DNA from: Candidatus Iainarchaeum sp.
GTDB lineage: Archaea > Iainarchaeota > Iainarchaeia > Iainarchaeales > DTGL01
Length of the DNA: 64,000 nucleotides
Reading direction: 5' to 3'
Assembly (NCBI GenBank): GCA_026413945.1
Contig: JAOAJX010000002.1
Span: forward strand, 4,618-68,617
Within the stretch, counting starts at the first letter, position 1, and each line of letters starts with the position of its first letter. A program made the position numbers and the translations under genes. Positions 38,248 to 47,318 of this stretch are shown here, piece by piece. The notes under the pieces were generated by a model. That model saw nothing but the letters and a program-made list of their open reading frames with translations, made no database searches and had not been told where the DNA came from.

Positions 38248-39612
38248 TTATTTAGCACGAAAAACAATAAATTTTTTTCTGCAGATTGCAGAAATAGCCC
38301 TTTTTGTACTTTTAATTATAAATGATAAGAAATAAATCAAATCTTCCAAATTAGGCAAAATTTCTATCTTAAAGCCAAGGATTCTGTATTTTAAGTATAG
38401 ATACACAAAGCCAATGTATGTGCTTGCTATCTGCGATGCCAACAATCCATAAACGCCAAAGTTTTTAGTAAGCGCTAAGCCTAAAACCAAAGTAACTATG
38501 AGTGATATAATTGAGCTTTTGATAGATAAATCAATCCTTTTTAGCATTGTGCATACACAATTGGCCATTATTAAAAGAGAAGCACCAAAAAGCCAAGCCA
38601 TGAAAAGAGGCAACAGCAAATATGCCTCATTATACTTTGGCAAAAATATGTTAAGTATTAGCGGCGCAAAAATCAACGCAAAAAAGCCGAGAGTTACACT
38701 TGCTATCAGAGAAAATTTAAGACCTTTTGATACCAAGCTGGCCAAATCTCTTCTGCTTTTTGCCCTTTGGCTTGCGAATGGCACTATAACATCAATTAGT
38801 GCTAATGTTGGTATTTGCACAGCATAAACAGAAATTTTCTCGGCAATATAGTAAAGACCCATTGTTGCAGAGCTTAAAAATAGACCCATGTAAAAAAGAA
38901 CAGCTTGTATATTTGCCCTCTGTAAAATGTTTGAGACAAAAAGTTCTTTAGCACATTTTTTAATTTCTTTGAATTCTATGTCTTTTTCCTCAAACTTTTG
39001 CTTGCTAAACATTGCGATATAAAATATGAAGCCAATTGTTACTGAAATTATTTTAGCGTAAATTGGTCCCGAAACATTGTACCCCAAAAAAACTACAAAA
39101 ATAAATGCAAACGCAAAGCTAAGGAAGTTCTCGATAGCGGTAACTATCATTACTTTGCCAAAGCTTTTCAAGCCCTTGAAAAGTGCTTCAAAGAGAAGAT
39201 AAAACGGAAAGAAAAGGAAGAGTACGGATGCAGTGCTAAATAGCTTAGCATCACCTCTGCCAATGAGAGAAAGCAAGTGCCCGGAAAAAAGATAAAATAC
39301 AATGAACATAAAAAAGAAAATTGGTATTAGAACTTTTGCAAAGAATAAGAAAAGCGCTCTTGATCTTGCCCTTGGAATATAAACGCAAAGCAGCTGGTAA
39401 AAGACATCAGCGCCAAAAACGTAAACAATATTTCCAATAAATGCAAGCACAAACATTGCTATGCCATATTGTGTAGGCCCAAGGGCATTTGCAATTATAT
39501 AATTGTATAAAAGGCCCGTGACAAGCATTGCAATTCTTGTAGCATAGGAAAATGCTGTGCTTTTGGCAAAAAGCCAAGATTCATCGTTACTCATAAGATT
39601 ACCATTTCTCAA
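38248..39612 (-). CDS. polysaccharide/oligosaccharide flippase (Wzx/MOP family)
   Basis: About 12-14 TM segments; LGPTQYG, GLYYIAEKI; adjacent glycosyltransferases. Confidence 0.8.
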   Translation of the reverse strand: MRNGNLMSNDESWLFAKSTAFSYATRIAMLVTGLLYNYIIANALGPTQYGIAMFVLAFIGNIVYVFGADVFYQLLCVYIPRARSRALFLFFAKVLIPIFFFMFIVFYLFSGHLLSLIGRGDAKLFSTASVLFLFFPFYLLFEALFKGLKSFGKVMIVTAIENFLSFAFAFIFVVFLGYNVSGPIYAKIISVTIGFIFYIAMFSKQKFEEKDIEFKEIKKCAKELFVSNILQRANIQAVLFYMGLFLSSATMGLYYIAEKISVYAVQIPTLALIDVIVPFASQRAKSRRDLASLVSKGLKFSLIASVTLGFFALIFAPLILNIFLPKYNEAYLLLPLFMAWLFGASLLIMANCVCTMLKRIDLSIKSSIISLIVTLVLGLALTKNFGVYGLLASQIASTYIGFVYLYLKYRILGFKIEILPNLEDLIYFLSFIIKSTKRAISAICRKKFIVFRAK

Positions 39613-39618
39613 AAAAAT

Positions 39619-40653
39619 TTACTCTTCAATTATTTTAAGGAACTTTTTCTCCCATTCCACAACATCGTTGTTCCTTTTTATGAAGTTCCTACATTTTTTT
39701 GATATCTTTGAACGATTTTCCAAAATATAGGAAATCTTCTCAGTTATTTCTGCAGTATCATCAGGTTTATTTAAAATTATTTCGGGTATCGCATCAGCTA
39801 TTTCATCACCATACCCAGTTCTAGTAAAAATTGGCGGCGTGCCACAAGCCATAGCTTCGGCTACAGCATAACCGAAACCTTCATGATAAGCTGGATGCAA
39901 TAATATATCTGCACAGTTATATAGCAAAGGCATTTCGCTATCTTTCACGCTCTTAATCCACTGTACTTTTTCGCTCTCGGGGTCAGCCCTGCTCAAGAAT
40001 ACTACTTTATAAAAATCAGCTGTTTTAATAACTGTTTCAACATTTTTCCAGGGCGCATTACTTCCAACATAAAGCAAGAAGTTTTTTGGTAGATCTAAAG
40101 AAAGCTTACTTCTTGCATTTTTGATTGGTCTGAACTTTCTTGTATCAATTCCATGATGTATTAAGATAGGCTCTTTCAAACCTCTGCTCGTGACATAGTC
40201 CTTGACGTGACGGCTAAAGACAACAACAATATCGCTTTTTTTCATTGATTTTTCTTGTAGATGCCCAAGGTGTTGTCCCCAAAGGTAATATGGATATGAT
40301 ATTTTGTGCCTTATAGACTCAAATATGTCACGATAGCAATCATGCAAAAGCATTATCTTTTTTGGTGCTTTTGCATAGTAACCATAATAGTCACTGCTTA
40401 TCACCACATCAAAGCCATTGTTTTTCTTATTAAAATGCGCCCCTAAAAGTTTGGCTTTATAGAGTTCTCTATAGGGAAAAAACCTCATAGCGGAAAGAAT
40501 TATTTTCTGAGATAAATTGAGTTTAAGATCAGAGAAAGCAAATACGCTCACTTCATGGCCATGTCTTTTAAGCGCATCAGCAAGCATCTTTACAAATACT
40601 TCTGCACCACCAATGAAATTCAAGGAATTTGGCAGAATAAAAGCGATTTTCAA
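39619..40653 (-). CDS. glycosyltransferase family 4
   Basis: GGAE, HHGID, LLYVGS, HEGFGYAVAEAMACGTP. Confidence 0.92.
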   Translation of the reverse strand: MKIAFILPNSLNFIGGAEVFVKMLADALKRHGHEVSVFAFSDLKLNLSQKIILSAMRFFPYRELYKAKLLGAHFNKKNNGFDVVISSDYYGYYAKAPKKIMLLHDCYRDIFESIRHKISYPYYLWGQHLGHLQEKSMKKSDIVVVFSRHVKDYVTSRGLKEPILIHHGIDTRKFRPIKNARSKLSLDLPKNFLLYVGSNAPWKNVETVIKTADFYKVVFLSRADPESEKVQWIKSVKDSEMPLLYNCADILLHPAYHEGFGYAVAEAMACGTPPIFTRTGYGDEIADAIPEIILNKPDDTAEITEKISYILENRSKISKKCRNFIKRNNDVVEWEKKFLKIIEE

Positions 40654-41606
40654 CTAACTCCCCCCCTTGCCTTTAAAGTTGTCCAATAATAAATGAAAAC
40701 AAAAAAATTTATGAGATACCACAAGTAAAGAAAGAAGGAATAAGCTGCTAACTCTTTTATGGTGTACTTTCTCTTGCGTGCTTTTGAAGCTAAATAGATT
40801 ATGCCGGTGACTGACAGTGATAAAGCAATTATTAGAAAAGGAAACATCTTGATACCGAGCAAATATGAGAAAAATATGCCCCAAGCAATACAGCCATATG
40901 CTAACTCCCTAAAAATGCTGTAACCGAAATGCTCATGATAGAGTTTAGGAAACTTTTTGTAAAGCAACAGCGTATTCCTTGTTATATGCTGATTTTTTAA
41001 AAAGTTGATTGGGTTTACCAATTTTGCAGGATGAAAAACCCTGACGGTTGGGCTAAAAACTATTTTGTATCCCTTTGAGATTATTTTGAATGCTAGGTCC
41101 GTATCCTCTGCAAAATAACAATATCTTTCATCAAAGCCACCTACTGCTTCAAGAGCAAATTTTTTGAAAGCATAGTTTGCGGATATATATCTCCCACCAG
41201 TGAGGTTTTCGGGAGCTTGTTCGTACAAGTGGTTAAAGTTGCTGTATATCAAGCCTTCCACGCCGGCTATGTCTTCATTTTTTTTGAAAATTTTATCTAT
41301 TTCTTCAAGCCAATCTTTATCTGGAATGCAATCATCGTCAGTGAATGCAATTATTTTTCCTTTTGCTTTTTTTATTCCATAATTCCTCTTTACATCACAG
41401 CACTTGTTTTTGATCTTATAAAACTTTACTTTGTGCTTTCTAAATTTTTTGCTAATTGAACCAAAAGTATTATCTTTGGTGTCACTAATAACCAATACTT
41501 CGTATTTTTCTTTAGGATAAGTCTGCTGCAATAAAGAACCCAGCGCTATGCTTAGCTTATCGGGTCTTTTATGCGTAGGAATCACCACGCTTATTTCAGG
41601 TTGCAT
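40650..41606 (-). CDS. glycosyltransferase family 2 with C-terminal TM helices
   Basis: SVVIPTH, RNYG, AFTDDDC, GGFDE, EDTDL. Confidence 0.92.
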   Translation of the reverse strand: MQPEISVVIPTHKRPDKLSIALGSLLQQTYPKEKYEVLVISDTKDNTFGSISKKFRKHKVKFYKIKNKCCDVKRNYGIKKAKGKIIAFTDDDCIPDKDWLEEIDKIFKKNEDIAGVEGLIYSNFNHLYEQAPENLTGGRYISANYAFKKFALEAVGGFDERYCYFAEDTDLAFKIISKGYKIVFSPTVRVFHPAKLVNPINFLKNQHITRNTLLLYKKFPKLYHEHFGYSIFRELAYGCIAWGIFFSYLLGIKMFPFLIIALSLSVTGIIYLASKARKRKYTIKELAAYSFFLYLWYLINFFVFIYYWTTLKARGGVS

Positions 41607-41676
41607 CTATAACACCCAACAAATTATCTATGGTTATCAACGAAACTTTTAAATAGGGAAAAAGTATGGGTTATAT

Positions 41677-42522
41677 ATGCCAAAAACTCCAAAAAGATTC
41701 CCTAGAGGCGGCAGAAAAGCTGAAATACCTGTTGATAGACCTAGAGAGAAAAAAACAGCCGAGTCAATAATGATGGAATGCGTGCAGATCCTCAAAAGCA
41801 ATTCGCCCAGAGAAAAGAAAGCAGAGTTGATATCTGTTCAGTCAGCCATTATATTGAATCACATTAAAAATGGCATTATTCCTTGGAAGACCGGCAGGCG
41901 CATATTGAGGGCATTGCAACTAAAGACTGAAAAAGCACTTAAGTCAGAAAATTTAGCATTAGCATATGCTGGTGCATATGAGCCAAAAGTTTTTTTAGAA
42001 GTTGAATCACTTGTAAAGAGCAGAGCCCTAAGCAAGCCAGCTGCAGCGCGCCTTGTAGCCGACTATCTAAAAAACCTGTTCTCAAGCAAGAAAATGTTGC
42101 ACGATCTTGTTGTTTCAGAAAAGCCGCTTGATTGGAAGCTTAAATTCATCGAATTGAACAAAGGACTTTCAGAAACAAAAGCAAAACAATTTGGCCTTAC
42201 CCAAGCAATGAAAGATGAAATATCAAGAAAGCTTGCTCGCATTACGGATGCTGTGCTTGACTATGAAGCAAGAAAAACCACTCATATCGTAAATACCGAA
42301 ATCTTTGGTGCAATCGAGCATGCTGCAAAAAAAGGTCTTATTACAGAAGAACAAAAAAACGCATTAAGACATACGGCAATAAAGAGCCAACTTACTAGCA
42401 TGTTGGTTGGCAGAACAAAAACATACAATTATGTTTCCCTCGAATTTGAGATTAGGCAATTGCCTCCTGATATGCGGGCTGATTTAATAGATCTTATAAA
42501 GAAGTTAAGGGCAAGTTTTTAA
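41677..42522 (+). CDS. orphan basic alpha-helical protein
   Basis: 281-aa ORF with Pro/Arg/Lys-rich leader MPKTPKRFPRGGRK; no recognisable motif. Confidence 0.65.
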   Translation: MPKTPKRFPRGGRKAEIPVDRPREKKTAESIMMECVQILKSNSPREKKAELISVQSAIILNHIKNGIIPWKTGRRILRALQLKTEKALKSENLALAYAGAYEPKVFLEVESLVKSRALSKPAAARLVADYLKNLFSSKKMLHDLVVSEKPLDWKLKFIELNKGLSETKAKQFGLTQAMKDEISRKLARITDAVLDYEARKTTHIVNTEIFGAIEHAAKKGLITEEQKNALRHTAIKSQLTSMLVGRTKTYNYVSLEFEIRQLPPDMRADLIDLIKKLRASF

Positions 42523-43173
42523 CTTCTGTTCTTTAGAGTATAAAAAATAAGAGTATATAAAAAGCAGAGCTATTGAAATAATTATTGAAAAGACTGATGC
42601 CAAAATAATTTCTGGTGCCATGTTAGCAAAAATGGCTGCAAAAAGTAATATGGCACCTTGAAAGAGAAAAAGAAAGCTCCCAAGGCGGTGCGTTTTTTCC
42701 CAAACAGTATCGCTGCTTAAAGTCCATGGTGTCCTTATGCCAATGAACCAATTGCGTTTTGATTTTTTTAACAAAAAGGAGAGATAAATAAAGAGCAGAC
42801 TGAGTGCCATGAGCAAAAGTTGGTTAATATTTATTTTGTAACCTAAACCAAAAGAGAGCAAAATGATATGAATGTATAGAAAAAAAAGAATAATAACTAT
42901 CACAAAACCCTTAAAATAAGGCATGAAAAATGAATAATTTTCCTTTAAGGGATCTATTTTTGGGAGATATGCAAGCAGAAGCACAATTATAAAGGAGGAC
43001 AGAGGCATGATCATCAGTGCAAATTCCTTTTGCATATAACCATCTACCTCGCCCTTTATGTTCCAATGGATTGGCATCTTGTCTGGCAGATAAGGAAAAA
43101 AATACGCGCTCAGTACAAAAAAAGAGACTAATATCAAAAAAATTAAAAGCCAGAAATTATCAATGTTTAACAT
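42505..43173 (-). CDS. SdpI/DUF1648 family membrane (immunity) protein
   Basis: PDKMPIHWNIKGEVDGY, RNWFIGIRTPWTLSSDTVWEKTHR. Confidence 0.92.
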   Translation of the reverse strand: MLNIDNFWLLIFLILVSFFVLSAYFFPYLPDKMPIHWNIKGEVDGYMQKEFALMIMPLSSFIIVLLLAYLPKIDPLKENYSFFMPYFKGFVIVIILFFLYIHIILLSFGLGYKININQLLLMALSLLFIYLSFLLKKSKRNWFIGIRTPWTLSSDTVWEKTHRLGSFLFLFQGAILLFAAIFANMAPEIILASVFSIIISIALLFIYSYFLYSKEQKLKTCP

Positions 43174-44176
43174 TTCGTTCAATCCCCAAAAGCTTTTTCA
43201 TTTCTTCATATTTTGGTGGCAAACGATAGCCAATGGCAACAATTATGCGCCTTTTTTCATTAGGATCTCTTATACCAAACCTTTCAAATGCTTTTTCAAA
43301 GTTTGCGGCTTCTTTATTAAAGATTGTACTTCTTAAAAGCTCCCACTCATCTTTGCTCATGCCTCTGAAAATTTTCATTTGTAAAGATTTCAAAGCCTTT
43401 TTATCACCAAAAAAAATTCCTGAAAAAATTTTTTCCAATATGATGGGCCTTTCTCTAGGCATTACCGCCTTGGGATTTATTAATCGTGTTGCGGCATCAA
43501 GCTTTAATCCGTATTTTCTGCAGAGCTGAAGCGCCTTCATTTCTAGCCTTGGAGCAGTGCCGATAAAGACAACATCTATGTCGGATTGCGGAACAAAATA
43601 CCCTTTGGCCATGCTGCCACGTACAATCATACCAACATAGCCTCTGCCAAATTTCAACTTTAATTGATTGTTTATTGCTTTTAGCTTGTTAGCTTTTTCG
43701 AAAAAACTTTTTATGAAAGGGGTTGCTAAATAGGGCTTACGTCTTGTCAAAAGATATTTCTTTGTTTGGTGCTCTGGCAAATCTTGAGCTTTAATCTTGC
43801 CCATTTCAATATGTTCTTTTGACGTTATGCTTTCACTAACAAATGCAAGCTCGCTCTGTATTCTTGCTCTTTGCTCTGGAGCAAAGCTCTCCAAGGCTTT
43901 TGGGACATGCTTCATTAGAAATGATTGGCTTTTTGTGGAAAGGGCACTAATAGCAGCTGAGCGCAAAGCGGGATTTGTGCCTATAAGTGCAGCAAGTGCA
44001 ATTTTAAGCGGCAGTCTTCTTCGTCCAAGCGCACGATAAAATGCAGCATCTTGGCTTTTATTCCAAATATTCGCATACCCTATCCTTATGCCTGCTTTTT
44101 TAGCGCATCTCAGCTGTTCTGCAGCAACCTTAAGCTGCTCAGCGTATTTTGTTGTCATTTTCCTTTGCGCTCGCAT
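43160..44176 (-). CDS. Pol-beta superfamily nucleotidyltransferase with long basic N-terminal extension
   Basis: RGSMAKG...SDIDVVF (GS-DxD) at about residues 185-205. Confidence 0.75.
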   Translation of the reverse strand: MRAQRKMTTKYAEQLKVAAEQLRCAKKAGIRIGYANIWNKSQDAAFYRALGRRRLPLKIALAALIGTNPALRSAAISALSTKSQSFLMKHVPKALESFAPEQRARIQSELAFVSESITSKEHIEMGKIKAQDLPEHQTKKYLLTRRKPYLATPFIKSFFEKANKLKAINNQLKLKFGRGYVGMIVRGSMAKGYFVPQSDIDVVFIGTAPRLEMKALQLCRKYGLKLDAATRLINPKAVMPRERPIILEKIFSGIFFGDKKALKSLQMKIFRGMSKDEWELLRSTIFNKEAANFEKAFERFGIRDPNEKRRIIVAIGYRLPPKYEEMKKLLGIERNVKH

Positions 44177-44236
44177 TGTAACCTTTTTCCATTATAGTTT
44201 TTTTATTTTTTAATGCTTTTGTTTAATTGTTTAATT

Positions 44237-44521
44237 ATGAAGATAACTAATTATGGCTTTTTCGGAGCCCTGTCCTCAAAAAAAAGGTTTTCAATTATTA
44301 AAGCGTTAATGAAAGAAGAACTTTCTGTAAAAGAGATATGCACAAAACTGCGCTGTGAACAAACAAATGTATCGCATCAGCTAAAAATTCTTCAAAATTA
44401 TGGCATTGTTTTTTCCAAAAGAGCTGGTAAGAAAAAGATTTATTCAATCAATGAGGAGTTGAGGCCAATTATTAGACAAGCACAAAGGTTCGTAAGAAAA
44501 AATTGCATAAATAAAGCTTAA
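44237..44521 (+). CDS. ArsR/SmtB family regulator
   Basis: FFGALS...RFSII, ELSVKEI, VSHQLKIL...V...RAG....YS. Confidence 0.88.
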   Translation: MKITNYGFFGALSSKKRFSIIKALMKEELSVKEICTKLRCEQTNVSHQLKILQNYGIVFSKRAGKKKIYSINEELRPIIRQAQRFVRKNCINKA

Positions 44522-45084
44522 ATTTGGTGGGCTTTTAGCCAGAGGGCAAGCTTTTCTGCTGCTAAGGCTCTATGAGATATTTCGTTTTTTTCACTGCGGG
44601 CCATCATGCATAATGGCTTCTTACCATTAAACGGGATGAATATTCTTTCGTATGGCATTACCTTTTTGCTCTTACACCATACACGTTGTGATATTCTTCC
44701 TTTGAGCTTCCCAACGAAAACTTTGGTTTTTTTTCCATCTGTATAGCATATTGCTGTCTTAAAATAAGCTAAGTTTGATTTCTTTGCAGCCATTTTCAAG
44801 AGACCTTCATAGCCGATTTTCTCAAATATGCGCTTAGCCATTACTCCTGGAAAATTAGAATAGCCTTGGAAAAACACGCCAGTATCTTCGACTATTAGCG
44901 GCTTACCAAAGATCTTGTATGCTTCAGCGGCTTTTTGTCTGGCTATCGCCTCAACATTTTTTGCGCCATCTTCAGAAAGCTCTGCCTTTTGCCACATTAG
45001 CTTTACTCCATGCTTTGCCAAAATCTTTTTTAGCTCGAGAAATTTGTGCCTATTGCTTGAGACAAAGATTAGCAAAAGCGACAC
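44518..45084 (-). CDS. rdgB: non-canonical purine NTP pyrophosphatase (Ham1/RdgB family)
   Basis: SSNRHK, EDTG, FPG, KNEISHR. The FGYDPIF motif appears as MPYERIF. Confidence 0.85.
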   Translation of the reverse strand: MSLLLIFVSSNRHKFLELKKILAKHGVKLMWQKAELSEDGAKNVEAIARQKAAEAYKIFGKPLIVEDTGVFFQGYSNFPGVMAKRIFEKIGYEGLLKMAAKKSNLAYFKTAICYTDGKKTKVFVGKLKGRISQRVWCKSKKVMPYERIFIPFNGKKPLCMMARSEKNEISHRALAAEKLALWLKAHQI

Positions 45085-45339
45085 CTAAAAAAAACCTTTT
45101 CTTTTTTCAGGGTATAAACCGGAAACAAAGAACATAAACGCACCAAAAAATATGAAAAAAAAGCCAATAGCGTAAAAAAATTTTAAATTTGCTGCCAATG
45201 CTAAAGACTTATTTGCAGGTAACTCATTCGTTCTTTTCCCATTACTCAAAAATGGCTCCATAAAAAAGTAAGCCAGAACAATAAAAAAAATTCCTGTGAC
45301 ATAGAAAAATAAAGCATTAGTTTTTGTTAAGAATGGCAT
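45085..45339 (-). CDS. small two-TM hypothetical membrane protein
   Basis: Two hydrophobic segments; co-oriented in the operon. Confidence 0.5.
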   Translation of the reverse strand: MPFLTKTNALFFYVTGIFFIVLAYFFMEPFLSNGKRTNELPANKSLALAANLKFFYAIGFFFIFFGAFMFFVSGLYPEKRKGFF

Positions 45340-45351
45340 AATTTTATAAAA

Positions 45352-45939
45352 CTACAAAAAAGCTTTAAAGACAACAAGGTCTTCAAAGAAAAAATGCTTT
45401 CTCGTAAGAACATTATATTTAAACCCAACATATTTAAGCTTTTGTTTAGTTTCTGCTTCATTGGTAATGCTGCTTTGAATAAAGTAAGCGCTGCCATTTT
45501 TTTTAAGAAATCTAGGCAAATGTTCAATAAATCTGAATAAAAGCTCGTTTCCTTTTTTGCCACCGTCAAGAGCTTTGTCTTCTTTGCCATTATTCGGCAG
45601 ATAAGGCGGATTAAAAACAATGCAATCAAACTTTTTACCTTTGACTGGCTCGAATAAGTCACCATACAATATCTTTGCGTTTGAGGAAAAGCCAAGGCGC
45701 TTTATGTTTTCTTCTGTATTTTTTAAAGCATATTTGTTTATATCAGTCGCTGTAACTATTGCTCCTTGCCTAAGTAGATTTATTGCTTGAATTCCACAAC
45801 CACAGCCAATATCAAGTGCACTTGTGCCTGGCATAACTCTTACATTTTCAGCCAAAAGATAGGAATCCTCAAAAGGCTCGTAAACTGAATCATAGACAAT
45901 AAGCTCAAAACCATGAAAAAACACTTTCCTCATCCGCAT
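45352..45939 (-). CDS. HemK2/PrmC-like N5-glutamine methyltransferase
   Basis: VYEPFEDSYLL, DIGCGCG, FNPPYLP, DGGKKG. Confidence 0.9.
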   Translation of the reverse strand: MRMRKVFFHGFELIVYDSVYEPFEDSYLLAENVRVMPGTSALDIGCGCGIQAINLLRQGAIVTATDINKYALKNTEENIKRLGFSSNAKILYGDLFEPVKGKKFDCIVFNPPYLPNNGKEDKALDGGKKGNELLFRFIEHLPRFLKKNGSAYFIQSSITNEAETKQKLKYVGFKYNVLTRKHFFFEDLVVFKAFL

Positions 45940-45987
45940 AAGCTAATAAACCAAACAAATTTAAACATTGGCACACTTAAGTTAATA

Positions 45988-46063
45988 GCGGATTGGCAGC
46001 CTGGTTTGATTGGTTTAAAGACCAGCAAAACCAACTCTCTTAGCAGCATACTGCCAATCCGCA
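45988..46063 (+). ncRNA. candidate ~75-nt structured small RNA with a 12-bp closing stem
   Basis: GCGGATTGGCAG / CTGCCAATCCGC perfect inverted repeat with nested hairpins; ATTTAAAC box about 22 nt upstream; T-rich tail. Confidence 0.45.
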
Positions 46064-46143
46064 TTTTCACTTCTTCTTAGTATAAGAAAAGTATAAATAA
46101 TACCTCTGACATTTATATCTTAACTAAAAAAGGAGGTATTGCT

Positions 46144-46593
46144 GTGTTAGGATTTGGAAAAGGAAAAATTGATTTGCAGCTAGAAAAGTTTAATTATCGC
46201 CCAGGAGAAACAATCCGCGGCAAGATTGTTCTTGCGCTCAATAAGCCGGTAAAGGCAAGGCGACTTAAAGTGAGGTTTTTTGGTGTGAGAGAAGGAAGAA
46301 AAACAGTAGTTATCGGTGGTGGTAGATCAGCGGACTACAGCAATGATATTGTATATTCTTTTGAAATGAATCTCGATGGTGAAAAGGAATACACTGGTGG
46401 TGAATATGACTTTGAGATCATTGTTCCTCAGGATTTACTGACAAAGGTTGATCTAAGCGGTACAGGAGCTTTAGGTGCGCTGATGCAGTTTGTAATGTTA
46501 ATGGCACCTAGGCCTAAATGGTATGTTGAAGCTGCTTTAGATGTGCCAATGGGCCTTGATGTAAGCAAAAGGGTTCAGATAAACATTGGTTGA
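46144..46593 (+). CDS. Spo0M/arrestin-N-like protein
   Basis: YRPGETIRGKI.L..P..ARRL.V.F.G, EYDFEIIVP, WYVEAALD; SD GGAGGT. Confidence 0.7.
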   Translation: MLGFGKGKIDLQLEKFNYRPGETIRGKIVLALNKPVKARRLKVRFFGVREGRKTVVIGGGRSADYSNDIVYSFEMNLDGEKEYTGGEYDFEIIVPQDLLTKVDLSGTGALGALMQFVMLMAPRPKWYVEAALDVPMGLDVSKRVQINIG

Positions 46594-46597
46594 TAAT

Positions 46598-47266
46598 TTA
46601 AAGCCATTTTTTGGCCCAATTACAAAATCCACAGTTTTTATTAGGCTCTGGGGGCTCTTTTAGGCATAATAAGGCGAGTGCCCTCTTGAAAACTTCTGCA
46701 CCTCGTTCTGGGTTTGTCATAACTTTAACAAGATCGGATTCAAAAACGATTTCCCCAGTTTCCTTTATTTCTTTAGGATAATAAAATAAAAGATATCCAT
46801 AATCTTCAGTTTCGTAGCCGTTCTTTCTGAGCAAAAGGTTGTATATGTCAAGTTGCAGCTCATAATACGAAGCACTATCTTCTTTTGGTGCAGAGCCACG
46901 TGTTTTAAAGTCAAGTACAATAAGCTTTCCATTATGTTCTAAAATGCTGTCAATCGCACCAGCAAGCACAATTCCAGAGTTATCTATGTATTGCAACCCT
47001 CTTCTCGAATTGCGCCACTCTCGAAGCTTTTCCTTATCACTAAAAAGCTTGAAACCATCACAAAGCGCATTTTTTCTTATTTCGGGTGGCAATACGCCTT
47101 TGTCAATGTATCTGTCAAAATGCTCTTTAATTATTTTATCCATGCCGCTTTGCAAAGAGGGAAATACAAAATCAGGCCTTTTAATGCCTTTCACAAAGTG
47201 AAGCCAAAAGCACCTCTCACATTCAAGAAACAATGCTAAAGTTGTTGGCGAAAGCCTACACTCCAT
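46598..47266 (-). CDS. Cas4-like/RecB-family PD-(D/E)XK nuclease with 4-Cys cluster
   Basis: LSPT..CERCFW, GAID, LDFKT, QLDIY, C-terminal CGFC. Confidence 0.82.
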   Translation of the reverse strand: MECRLSPTTLALFLECERCFWLHFVKGIKRPDFVFPSLQSGMDKIIKEHFDRYIDKGVLPPEIRKNALCDGFKLFSDKEKLREWRNSRRGLQYIDNSGIVLAGAIDSILEHNGKLIVLDFKTRGSAPKEDSASYYELQLDIYNLLLRKNGYETEDYGYLLFYYPKEIKETGEIVFESDLVKVMTNPERGAEVFKRALALLCLKEPPEPNKNCGFCNWAKKWL

Positions 47267-47318
47267 GATTTTCTTCTTGTGCAATCTTCATAAAAAACTT
47301 TTACTTTATTCTGATTTT

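Noticed and set aside
45988-46063. Canonical tRNA
   Set aside because: No TTC T-loop and no 5-bp/7-nt anticodon arm.
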